This document shows, piece after piece, positions 26,801-34,721 of a stretch of DNA of 64,000 nt. The translations under genes were made by a program, and so were the position numbers. The stretch comes from Escherichia coli (GTDB taxonomy: Bacteria; Pseudomonadota; Gammaproteobacteria; Enterobacterales; Enterobacteriaceae). Below the pieces are notes generated by a model that saw only the letters and a program-made list of their open reading frames with translations, had not been told where the DNA came from and made no database searches. The DNA is taken from the NCBI GenBank assembly GCA_902500055.1, contig GCA_902500055.1_4131.1; one strand, 5' to 3'. The number at the start of each line of letters is the position of its first letter. Position 1 is the stretch's first letter.

Positions 26801-27178
26801 TTATTTTCCTCCAACGTTAAGTGATTTCTTGTACTGATATTCTTTATAAGTACTATACCATATATCACCAACGTAAATCAAGTACCACGTAGCAGGATAA
26901 AGAGCCAATCCAGTACTGATGTATACGAACTTTTGGTCAAGGACATCAAATACATGCAGAAGGAAAGTTACTCCCATAATGCAAGAACAAATTAACCATA
27001 AGTTATAAGCCATTGAATCGCAAGCAAAAATAGAATCAAGCTTAGAAATTAGGACATATTTGTTTGTTAAAATAAAATGAATTACTGCAACTAAACAATA
27101 TCCTGCCATAAAAATAGAAATTAAAAAAGACAGAATAATTGGAATATTCAACAACAAAAGTAAAATAGTGTTTACCAT
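26801..27178 (-). CDS. Multi-pass membrane protein
   Basis: 125 aa with four hydrophobic segments. Confidence 0.7.
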   Translation of the reverse strand: MVNTILLLLLNIPIILSFLISIFMAGYCLVAVIHFILTNKYVLISKLDSIFACDSMAYNLWLICSCIMGVTFLLHVFDVLDQKFVYISTGLALYPATWYLIYVGDIWYSTYKEYQYKKSLNVGGK

Positions 27179-27190
27179 TTTTTTTAAGTC

Positions 27191-27550
27191 CTATATTTCA
27201 CAGTGTAAGTTCAATTTATCTATATCTAGGTCACGGCGTACCGATGAGTCCAAGTAAATTACTATATAGATATCACCATTACCAGTTCTTGGGTCTACAA
27301 TTAATATTACGTTTGCTAATGTACCAGAATCATCTCTATAAGTCGAGATTTTTTTATTACCGATAATACTTTCTACTTTAAAACGATAAATCACACCATC
27401 AACAACTATATTTTTACCATTTCTAGGGTCGTTAGTCAATACATGCCACGTTCCCTTAGTACTACGACAATATGTTTCTGCTGCTACACCATAACTAAAA
27501 CATGAAAATAATGCACACACAAGTGCTATTAATTTTATATAGCTTTTCAT
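27191..27550 (-). CDS. Small secreted protein (paralog set with 26448..26798)
   Basis: Signal peptide MKSYIKLIALVCALFSCFSYGVAAE. Confidence 0.7.
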   Translation of the reverse strand: MKSYIKLIALVCALFSCFSYGVAAETYCRSTKGTWHVLTNDPRNGKNIVVDGVIYRFKVESIIGNKKISTYRDDSGTLANVILIVDPRTGNGDIYIVIYLDSSVRRDLDIDKLNLHCEI

Positions 27551-27628
27551 AACAAACCTCTAACGAGAAATACTTCTGTACTATATATATGTACAGAAGT
27601 ATTTAATACTATAGAGGTATTTTGACTG

Positions 27629-27955
27629 TTACATCTTATTCGTGAACTTGAATTTGATAATATCAATCCAAATTTTAACATTTCCTGCAAATAGTGCTTT
27701 GATTAGCCACATAATTGCAACAAAGTTCTCAACTAAATCCAAAGTTTTAACTACTGCACCGAGTGGGAAGATAAAACTCAAAACCCATACAATTACTGAA
27801 ACCACAACGACTGTATAGAAAATACGCACAATCGGTGAATCAAGCATAAACAACTCAGAGAACTCTTTTTTATCATTATCATCAGTAATAAAGCATTCGT
27901 AAACCAGAAGCCAAATCAGAATTAAAGACGGAATTGAAATTAGTACTGATAGCAT
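27629..27955 (-). CDS. Small membrane protein
   Basis: 108 aa with three hydrophobic segments. Confidence 0.7.
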   Translation of the reverse strand: MLSVLISIPSLILIWLLVYECFITDDNDKKEFSELFMLDSPIVRIFYTVVVVSVIVWVLSFIFPLGAVVKTLDLVENFVAIMWLIKALFAGNVKIWIDIIKFKFTNKM

Positions 27956-28001
27956 ATTTTTTACCTCAAGTTTAAGTGTTAAGTTTCAGACTACAGGAAC
28001 C

Positions 28002-28029
28002 ATTATACAGTACTACTAATTGTTGTCAA
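28002..28029 (-). promoter_or_regulatory. Consensus sigma-70 promoter TTGACA-N16-TATAAT
   Basis: The reverse complement reads TTGACAacaattagtagtactgTATAAT. Confidence 0.75.
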
Positions 28030-28255
28030 CTGGTTTTTCTTCAATAAGCATAAGATAACTGATTACGAAGAGTAATACCGACACAATATCAATAACAGTA
28101 AAGCTCACGGGAATGATAATAGAAACCAGTACTAATGCCACGTTTAGCAAGAATACAGTAGTGATATCTACAATCGGTCGTTTAGTGGCTAATGCTACTA
28201 GTGTAGGATAAAACATAAACAATAGTGCAACAACAAAACTTAGTACTAGATACAT
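28016..28255 (-). CDS. Small membrane protein
   Basis: 79 aa with two long hydrophobic segments. Confidence 0.65.
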   Translation of the reverse strand: MYLVLSFVVALLFMFYPTLVALATKRPIVDITTVFLLNVALVLVSIIIPVSFTVIDIVSVLLFVISYLMLIEEKPVDNN

Positions 28256-28926
28256 TTCTTTTTCACCTTAATAAAATTATAACACAAAACCACATCAACA
28301 TCTGGTTCATCATACAAGTACTCAAAACGTTCTTTACTTCGTTTAGTACCAATATAATCACCATTCTTATGCCAACGCCATCCACCATCCTTTGGTTGTT
28401 CAGACTTCAGTACTGGGTGATAGCACAGGACAATTTCTTCTGGACCTTCAATTAGGTTCTTGTACTTATTCATAATCTGTTCAAGCGTATCTGCTACACC
28501 ATAAGATGGATGCATAAGATAAGACTCAGGACGTGGACGTCCACTTGGTAGAATATCATCAGTACTATTAAAGATAGCACGGAAGTCTTCAGATGTGTAT
28601 AGACTTCCATCTTCATGGATCATTGGGTATTCATCCACTACATCGTAATCAGTGAAGTGTTCAATTGCATGTCCAGGTCGATAACCTGCAAGGATACCTG
28701 CATGTTTAGTCTGGACAATAGTCATAACAGATGTATTGTTGTTTACAGTTGGATCATGAATTTCAGCCCAGAACGGATGATTTGGGTCAAAAGTTGCATT
28801 TACCAATGTACACTCACCAATGTAATCAAACATAGTTTCCTTGAAGTTTAAAGAAACCCCACGTAATGCCCAGTCAGGTGAAGTGATGAAATTAAGATTA
28901 ACTAACATAAGTATCCTCAGATGCAA
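28246..28926 (-). CDS. Hypothetical protein
   Basis: Intact 226-aa ORF. The start codon is uncertain (several Met near the N-terminus). Confidence 0.7.
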   Translation of the reverse strand: MHLRILMLVNLNFITSPDWALRGVSLNFKETMFDYIGECTLVNATFDPNHPFWAEIHDPTVNNNTSVMTIVQTKHAGILAGYRPGHAIEHFTDYDVVDEYPMIHEDGSLYTSEDFRAIFNSTDDILPSGRPRPESYLMHPSYGVADTLEQIMNKYKNLIEGPEEIVLCYHPVLKSEQPKDGGWRWHKNGDYIGTKRSKERFEYLYDEPDVDVVLCYNFIKVKKKCI

Positions 28927-28939
28927 TTTTTTGATGTGG

Positions 28940-29155
28940 TTATTGTATCAAAGATGTATCGATTTGTACAACATTTATTGTAACTATTTCGTACATATAG
29001 TCAGGTGCATTGAACTCAGCATACCACTCAATGATCTCACAGGCAGCATCAACTTGGTTGTTCGCATTAACACGTCTTGCATAGGTACTAGACATTTTAT
29101 ATCTACCATTTACATACACGTTATATACACCATGACACCACCACATCTTAGTCAT
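28940..29155 (-). CDS. Hypothetical protein
   Basis: Intact 71-aa ORF in the tiling. Confidence 0.6.
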   Translation of the reverse strand: MTKMWWCHGVYNVYVNGRYKMSSTYARRVNANNQVDAACEIIEWYAEFNAPDYMYEIVTINVVQIDTSLIQ

Positions 29156-29366
29156 TTATGCTAGGCCATACTTTGTATTGTAAGTTCTGGTATTGAAATT
29201 TACCAATTTCATTTTTCTTACGGAATGATTCATCTACTTGAATTTCCGCATCGTACTGACCATCAGCCTGTACAACGTACTTAAATTCTTCTACGTGTGA
29301 AAAACGTTGACCTTCACCTTCTGGTTTATAGACTTGTACTAAACCTTCAACTAGATATAAATTCAT
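29148..29366 (-). CDS. Hypothetical protein
   Basis: Intact 72-aa ORF in the tiling. Confidence 0.6.
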   Translation of the reverse strand: MNLYLVEGLVQVYKPEGEGQRFSHVEEFKYVVQADGQYDAEIQVDESFRKKNEIGKFQYQNLQYKVWPSIND

Positions 29367-29369
29367 TTA

Positions 29370-29591
29370 TCATTCCTCATCACTTTCAGTTAGCATAATG
29401 CTATGTACAGTTTCCACATAGCGGTGTGTTTTAGGTGTGTTATACTTTGTAATTTCATCAAACAATTTAAACAGTGCATCTACTTCACTAAGAGCACGAA
29501 TGAATACATCCATCTTGGTGACTACTCTGGAAAACCCGCGTATGTTATTAAATTCAGAGACGTGTTCATACACAACATAGTATCTATTCAT
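29370..29591 (-). CDS. Hypothetical protein
   Basis: Intact 73-aa ORF in the tiling. Confidence 0.6.
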   Translation of the reverse strand: MNRYYVVYEHVSEFNNIRGFSRVVTKMDVFIRALSEVDALFKLFDEITKYNTPKTHRYVETVHSIMLTESDEE

Positions 29592-30106
29592 ATATTAAAA
29601 AGTTCCATGAATTCATTGAATAAAGAAGTTCTAATGCACATAACAAATTCAAAGTCAACATCGATGGTGTCAAGTAGTTTGAACAACTTTGGTACTAATG
29701 GATCATTCACCTCAAAGTTATAAATCAAACTTTGTTGAAACACATTTTCTTCAGTACTATAATCAATAACAAAATATTCAGCAATACCAGGTGGTGTGTA
29801 AACATCATATAAAATATGGCGGTGATGATTTGTTTTAGAACTAGGGGAATATATAAGTTCTATTTCATAAGATTTATCAGCACTGCGTGCGTAACAAACA
29901 ATATCAGTACTTGTTATTTCTGAACCATCACTTCTCTCTGAAAAACAAATATCAGCATATCGTTTTCCAGAAAGATTCAAAAGATCATGAGTTGTTTTAC
30001 CATAACAGAAATCAGTTTCAATGCGTATCACATCTTGATATTCAATTGGTCTTGTATCGCGGCGTTCACGATTAAACACTAATGTCAACAACTCATTAAT
30101 ATCCAT
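29588..30106 (-). CDS. Hypothetical protein, F-Q-x-S motif family member
   Basis: C-terminal motif STEENVFQQSLIYN. Confidence 0.7.
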   Translation of the reverse strand: MDINELLTLVFNRERRDTRPIEYQDVIRIETDFCYGKTTHDLLNLSGKRYADICFSERSDGSEITSTDIVCYARSADKSYEIELIYSPSSKTNHHRHILYDVYTPPGIAEYFVIDYSTEENVFQQSLIYNFEVNDPLVPKLFKLLDTIDVDFEFVMCIRTSLFNEFMELFNI

Positions 30107-30306
30107 TACTTAGTCTCAATAACCTTTAGATTTACAAAGTCACCTTTAACCTTCATACATTTGTATTCAGTGCGAGTTTCATCACCAGCATCACGAGGCC
30201 AATGAGTTGCAGAGTAACACTGATCAGGTGTTTTATATACACCTTCACCAACGGTGCGAGTGATTTCACCATTAGTTAGTACTACTGCAAGATATAAAGT
30301 AAACAT
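30106..30306 (-). CDS. Hypothetical protein
   Basis: Intact 66-aa ORF in the tiling. Confidence 0.6.
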   Translation of the reverse strand: MFTLYLAVVLTNGEITRTVGEGVYKTPDQCYSATHWPRDAGDETRTEYKCMKVKGDFVNLKVIETK

Positions 30307-30314
30307 ATTAGTCC

Positions 30315-30461
30315 TTACAATAATTTATTAATAATAATAGCACCCAAACCAAGTACTGCAATAATTGCAGATACCCACATTACCGCGTTCACTGTACCTG
30401 TGAGTTCTTTATCAAACTCTCGGCACTTCTTGCGGTAATCTTCCCACTCTTTGTTATTCAC
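30315..30461 (-). CDS. 48-aa tail-anchored membrane peptide (below the track cutoff)
   Basis: My own translation from a GTG overlapping the upstream TGA (GTGTGA) is VNNKEWEDYRKKCREFDKELTGTVNAVMWVSAIIAVLGLGAIIINKLL. Confidence 0.45.
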   Translation of the reverse strand: MNNKEWEDYRKKCREFDKELTGTVNAVMWVSAIIAVLGLGAIIINKLL

Positions 30462-30673
30462 ACTGCCACTCCTAATAGGTCGGTAGCTTTCTTGAGTACT
30501 ACGTCAATGGTTTCCAGTACTGCACCTTTGTGTTCAATTGATACAATATTATTATAAGTATCAAGGTCCAAGTACTCCATATATTCAGTTTTGAATACAC
30601 GAACATCAGTACTAGTGATTTTAATATCACAACCTTTATCCCAAATAACCTGCATCATTTCATTGGTAGTCAT
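30458..30673 (-). CDS. Hypothetical protein
   Basis: Intact 71-aa ORF in the tiling. Confidence 0.6.
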   Translation of the reverse strand: MTTNEMMQVIWDKGCDIKITSTDVRVFKTEYMEYLDLDTYNNIVSIEHKGAVLETIDVVLKKATDLLGVAV

Positions 30674-30948
30674 TATTCAACCTTATCATAAACAAGTTTG
30701 TGTGTGCTTAGTACTTTGTTGTGATGTCCAGGGCATTCATATACATACAATCGCTCCTGTCGTTTTTCCCAACCACCACAGATACGACCTGATTGTGTAC
30801 ATACCTCATACTCGTTAATAAAAGACTTACCTGTGAATGTACAATCCTGACGAACTAAGTCTTTTGCACTAAACCTGCCGTCATCATTACATGCTGTAAG
30901 AAACATTGTACAGAATACAAAGACAACTGTCAATAGTTTTTTAATCAT
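30673..30948 (-). CDS. Small lipoprotein
   Basis: Signal peptide with lipobox: MIKKLLTVVFVFCTMFLTAC-NDD. Confidence 0.7.
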   Translation of the reverse strand: MIKKLLTVVFVFCTMFLTACNDDGRFSAKDLVRQDCTFTGKSFINEYEVCTQSGRICGGWEKRQERLYVYECPGHHNKVLSTHKLVYDKVE

Positions 30949-31313
30949 TGAACATCACCCCAACGGAAGCCATTCATATAATTCAAATTCACCTCAACGA
31001 GTTCATGTGTTTTTGTACACCAAATTGATAGAGTTTTTGTAACATCACCAGGTGAACTTTCATACTTCACACAATACCCTTCAATGCGAAGAGTTTTGTT
31101 AGTCCAATGTTGCCACTCAATCCAAATTTCATTAGGATAATAAACCATATCTTCCTTGAACCTATGGTATTGATCCATCGGTAAGTGACCTTCAACTTCA
31201 ATTACTTCAGCACTTCGAGCCAGTTTTTCAAGCTTGTACTTTATTTCAGCAAGATATTCTTCATCATTCAGACGAGTTAATAAATCTGCTGCACGTGTTG
31301 TATCAAGGCTCAT
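30945..31313 (-). CDS. Hypothetical protein
   Basis: Intact 122-aa ORF with an ATGA overlap. Confidence 0.7.
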   Translation of the reverse strand: MSLDTTRAADLLTRLNDEEYLAEIKYKLEKLARSAEVIEVEGHLPMDQYHRFKEDMVYYPNEIWIEWQHWTNKTLRIEGYCVKYESSPGDVTKTLSIWCTKTHELVEVNLNYMNGFRWGDVQ

Positions 31314-31315
31314 TG

Positions 31316-31561
31316 TTATTCTCCATGAATTACGGAAGTGTTGATTCGTGTTTTACCGCTAGTGTATCCAGTACTTGTATTTGCATTAGGACAGTACACA
31401 GTGTATAAAGTCGCACCAGCACCATCTTGTTGCATACGATAAATCTTACACCCTGCTTCTTTTAATTCAGCAGGTAGAACAAAATCACTTGTACGTTCTT
31501 TGGTAGAAGCATCACATGCAGTGAGTAGAAATGCGACGAGTACTGCTACAATGTATTTCAT
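31316..31561 (-). CDS. Small lipoprotein
   Basis: Signal peptide with lipobox: MKYIVAVLVAFLLTAC-DAS. Confidence 0.7.
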   Translation of the reverse strand: MKYIVAVLVAFLLTACDASTKERTSDFVLPAELKEAGCKIYRMQQDGAGATLYTVYCPNANTSTGYTSGKTRINTSVIHGE

Positions 31562-31869
31562 TAACGAACCTCCACTTCTTGAGAAAGAGCATGAGTCAGT
31601 GCATTTGAATTCGAACCATTCATTTCACGCTGACATACAAACATAATGGCATCTTGTACTGAACCTGCGATTTCATACTCACGACCTTCTGGATCAGTTA
31701 CCAGATGTTCAACGATACAACCACCTCTCAGTACAGAAGCACCAGTACTTACACTAATCCTGTAACCTAAAAAATCAAACTGCATACATGCGTCAGTAGG
31801 TTTCATCCAATAACCGCTGTTTTGATTCAAATCGATGATTACAAAACCTTGAGTGTTAGTTTGAAACAT
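31561..31869 (-). CDS. Hypothetical protein
   Basis: Intact 102-aa ORF with a GAGGAA SD. Confidence 0.7.
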   Translation of the reverse strand: MFQTNTQGFVIIDLNQNSGYWMKPTDACMQFDFLGYRISVSTGASVLRGGCIVEHLVTDPEGREYEIAGSVQDAIMFVCQREMNGSNSNALTHALSQEVEVR

Positions 31870-31962
31870 AGTTAATTCCTCATTTAATTTAAAAGGGCGG
31901 GAACGCAGTGACGAGTACGATTATGCTGTCTTTCCTTTCACTGCATTCCCTTTGATATAAAC

Positions 31963-31991
31963 ATTATACTGCTATTATTCAGTACTGTCAA
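31963..31991 (-). promoter_or_regulatory. Consensus sigma-70 promoter TTGACA-N17-TATAAT
   Basis: The reverse complement reads TTGACAgtactgaataatagcagTATAATgtttatatcaaa. Confidence 0.75.
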
Positions 31992-32266
31992 TCGATATAA
32001 GTACCTTTTTTAACATCACAGACTTCTTCCATCCAATGTGGATTTTCGTTTTTATCAGTGAAGATTTGTTCTGCTTCTTCTTTTGTTTCAGCTAGGACAA
32101 TACGATCCCCTTCATCCAAATCACGGATACGATACACTTTCAGTTCTTGTTTCTTCTCAAGAATATTACACAGTTCACGTGCTTTTTCTTCATCGCACTT
32201 CCCTTCATTAGCATAAAACCAAATTGCTTTTTTAATAAGGTCACGTTCTTCTTTAGAAAAAGACAT
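31988..32266 (-). CDS. Hypothetical protein
   Basis: The start is probably MSFSKEERD. An acidic 92-aa ORF. Confidence 0.65.
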   Translation of the reverse strand: MSFSKEERDLIKKAIWFYANEGKCDEEKARELCNILEKKQELKVYRIRDLDEGDRIVLAETKEEAEQIFTDKNENPHWMEEVCDVKKGTYID

Positions 32267-32311
32267 AATATTTCCTATCATTTGTTAAAGTGGATTTCGT
32301 TTGATATAAAC

Positions 32312-32339
32312 ATTATACAGTACTGATATCTTATGTCAA
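32312..32339 (-). promoter_or_regulatory. Consensus sigma-70 promoter TTGACA-N16-TATAAT
   Basis: The reverse complement reads TTGACAtaagatatcagtactgTATAATgtttatatcaaa. The downstream box is the same as in promoter 31963..31991. Confidence 0.75.
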
Positions 32340-32342
32340 GTA

Positions 32343-32426
32343 TTAATCACCAAAAATCATCAGATACCCAAACCAACCCACACAGACGACTAAGCTAACA
32401 ATACCAAAGACAATCTCTAAAGTCAT
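32343..32426 (-). CDS. 27-aa hydrophobic peptide (below the track cutoff)
   Basis: My own translation is MTLEIVFGIVSLVVCVGWFGYLMIFGD. A GGATG SD-like sequence lies 4 nt upstream. Confidence 0.35.
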   Translation of the reverse strand: MTLEIVFGIVSLVVCVGWFGYLMIFGD

Positions 32427-32435
32427 GTTACATCC

Positions 32436-32636
32436 TTAATCAATGATTTTATATTCACGATGACCATAGAAGCCAGCTTCAAGGATGCGATTACCATCAG
32501 CATCTTCCAAGTCCCAGCCACGGGATGTTTCGGCAATAATAGTCATGATGTGACCTCTTGGGAAAATCCCACTCAGAGTGGATACATCCTCAAGTAATTG
32601 AACTTTCTTACCAACATTGGAATTCGGTTTAAACAT
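32436..32636 (-). CDS. Hypothetical protein
   Basis: Intact 66-aa ORF in the tiling. Confidence 0.6.
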   Translation of the reverse strand: MFKPNSNVGKKVQLLEDVSTLSGIFPRGHIMTIIAETSRGWDLEDADGNRILEAGFYGHREYKIID

Positions 32637-32646
32637 TTTATTTCCC

Positions 32647-32829
32647 TTATTCGTTGATTACATCAAGTACTTTATCCAGCTTTTTACCAATGCTTTCCTT
32701 TGGTTTCTCACCATTCTGGAATACATTAGTACTGCAATACTCAGGACGCGTATTAGGAAACTTCTCGTTCATCCAGGAGTGACCGTAAACACCCAGCATG
32801 ATGCCAACGATAAGAATGATAATTTGCAT
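32647..32829 (-). CDS. Small N-terminally anchored membrane protein
   Basis: Hydrophobic start MQIIILIVGIMLGVYG. Confidence 0.55.
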   Translation of the reverse strand: MQIIILIVGIMLGVYGHSWMNEKFPNTRPEYCSTNVFQNGEKPKESIGKKLDKVLDVINE

Positions 32830-32844
32830 GATAATTTCCTCTGA

Positions 32845-33633
32845 TTAAATGTTAGTAGTATAGTACTTGATTTCGTTTTGAATTGCAAGTTCTATTTGTT
32901 TATTGAAAAGAATTCCAAACTCTTTGATTGATTCACAATCGAATTCAATAGAAAAAGTATACTCTGGTACACGTACATTGTCAATACCCAAATACTCTTT
33001 TATGTAAATTTTAATGAGTTCACATAGTGCAGTACTAAGACATTGAATTTCAAAATGTTTTGCACCTTTGTCAAAATACTTGAATGCATCAATATCACCT
33101 ACAATAAAACTATTCTTTAATGTAGTGAATAGGTTCTCAGGAAACACGGTAATAGGTGACATTGATTTAAGAATGTATGTATCTTTGGCATTCTTAATGT
33201 ACTCAATGAAGCAGTAGTTAACGTCAGGCTCGATTGAACGATCCGCGTTATGATACCAGTGTTTAAACTCACTGTATTCAGCAAACTTATGCTGGCGTAA
33301 TGCGTTACAATCTTCACACAGTGCAGTCATGTTCTCTTTATCATTACCGCCCTGAAGACAGTCCAGTACATTATGGTCTAACGTCATGCGTACAAGGCGT
33401 TTCCCTTTAAGTACATAAGGTCTGAATTTATAACGATCTTTAGTACTGTGCTTGTGTAAAGTGAATACTACATTTGATTCACCGCAACAATCACATTTAA
33501 AGCCATCACGTGACATTACATGAATGAGTTTTCGAGTATTTGGACCAAACTCTGATTTGGTAATGTTACCTACAATTTCTGATGGTTGGTAATATTTTGA
33601 ATTCCGTCGAATCAGTTCATCTATAGTGCTCAT
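32845..33633 (-). CDS. HNH endonuclease
   Basis: CDCCG...TLDHNVLDCLQGGNDKENMTALCEDCNALRQHK (Cys pairs plus an H-N-H core). Confidence 0.75.
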   Translation of the reverse strand: MSTIDELIRRNSKYYQPSEIVGNITKSEFGPNTRKLIHVMSRDGFKCDCCGESNVVFTLHKHSTKDRYKFRPYVLKGKRLVRMTLDHNVLDCLQGGNDKENMTALCEDCNALRQHKFAEYSEFKHWYHNADRSIEPDVNYCFIEYIKNAKDTYILKSMSPITVFPENLFTTLKNSFIVGDIDAFKYFDKGAKHFEIQCLSTALCELIKIYIKEYLGIDNVRVPEYTFSIEFDCESIKEFGILFNKQIELAIQNEIKYYTTNI

Positions 33634-33634
33634 T

Positions 33635-33865
33635 TTACATTAATCCTTCTATGCTACAACCAATAAGTACTTTTTTAACTTCAACAACTCGTACCAAATA
33701 GAATCCATTTGAAAAGTTAAAACTATACATTTGTACTAAGGCATCTGCTTCAGATTTCGCACGGATACATGATAGATAAATTTCACGTATATCACCATCT
33801 AACGATACTTGTTTCTCTGCATCGATGACAATAGAACGAATCTCAAAACGAACACCATAACTCAT
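33635..33865 (-). CDS. Hypothetical protein
   Basis: Intact 76-aa ORF in the tiling. Confidence 0.6.
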   Translation of the reverse strand: MSYGVRFEIRSIVIDAEKQVSLDGDIREIYLSCIRAKSEADALVQMYSFNFSNGFYLVRVVEVKKVLIGCSIEGLM

Positions 33866-34071
33866 TGAGTTTGTCCTACAATAAGCTTTGTGTTAGTATT
33901 ACTATTGTAACACCACATTTGTTCTTTATTAACTGTAATCCAAATATCTTTGTTTACTTGTTCGTATGTACTATCACGTACTGCTATGCATTGATTCATG
34001 GAATTCATTGGGGTTATTTGTATACCGGAATTAACAGAGAAAGCGACTACTAAAAAGATTACTGAATTCAT
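33862..34071 (-). CDS. Small secreted protein
   Basis: N-terminal signal-like MNSVIFLVVAFSVNSG. Confidence 0.6.
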   Translation of the reverse strand: MNSVIFLVVAFSVNSGIQITPMNSMNQCIAVRDSTYEQVNKDIWITVNKEQMWCYNSNTNTKLIVGQTQ

Positions 34072-34135
34072 TGGATATTCCTTAATGGTTAATCATCCAT
34101 CTCTTCGAGATGTCTGTTCGCTTCTAATACTACGT

Positions 34136-34164
34136 ATTCTACGCGAATGATTAATAACTGTCAA
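34136..34164 (-). promoter_or_regulatory. Sigma-70 promoter TTGACA-N17-TAGAAT
   Basis: The reverse complement reads TTGACAgttattaatcattcgcgTAGAAT. Confidence 0.7.
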
Positions 34165-34660
34165 GGACTTTTAATATTGACGGGATTTGAGGAAGGGATT
34201 TTTCTTCCCCCCCCAAGGAGGGAAATTTGACGCTGATGGTATCAGAGCTATTGCATTGAAGATTACTCATAACGAGTGCGAAAGCGGGTCATCCTGTTTC
34301 TCTCTACTTCAGTTTCATATGACGGTCTACACTTTTAAACATAGTGTATCTTCATTAAGTATCTATGCAATCAAATACTTAATGTGAGTACTCAAATTTT
34401 GGACGCAACTTTCCTGTACAAAATTCGATAACTCTCCCTTAGATAATTCGTAAGGTGTTATCCTTATATGTCTATCAAGGAACCACCAGCTATCCTAACG
34501 TGGTTCTTTATACAGCCGCATTGCCGTGAGGGGTTCAAACTATGCCCACATCTAACGGGTTTCTTTTGCTGTTCGCACTGTCGGACTGCTCAACTGCCCT
34601 CTACGTTTTCGAGTGGATCAGGTACATGAATATCATGCCAACAGAATTGTACAAGATAAT
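34165..34660 (-). ncRNA. Candidate structured non-coding RNA region; class unknown and strand tentative
   Basis: About 500 nt without a credible ORF and visibly GC-richer than its flanks. It has many local hairpins (for example GGAACCAC...GTGGTTCT and TTAAGTAT...ATACTTAA) and a C8 run. It is bounded by the sigma-gene terminator and the next promoter. The extended -10 TGaTATAAT lies near 34655-34663 on the minus strand. Confidence 0.35.
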
Positions 34661-34695
34661 TATATCACAAACTTTTACTTCATCCCATAAAAAAA

Positions 34696-34713
34696 GGTTG
34701 GCATAAGCCAACC
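34696..34713 (-). terminator. Rho-independent terminator (bidirectional form)
   Basis: GGTTGGC-ataa-GCCAACC flanked by an A-run and a T-run, directly after the sigma gene stop. Confidence 0.75.
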
Positions 34714-34721
34714 TTTTTTCT

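Noticed and set aside
34187-34387. The 66-aa plus-strand ORF in the 34.2-34.6 kb gap.
   Set aside because: It has a TTG/other non-ATG start, no RBS and a poly-C/poly-G derived N-terminus (FFFPPQGG). It is also on the wrong strand for the block.
34165-34660. Whether the gap encodes tmRNA, RNase P RNA or a group I/II intron.
   Set aside because: I could not find a tRNA-like T-arm/CCA end, a tag ORF ending in ...LAA, the RNase P GAGGAAAGUCC box, group I R/S elements or a group II domain V. It is left unclassified.
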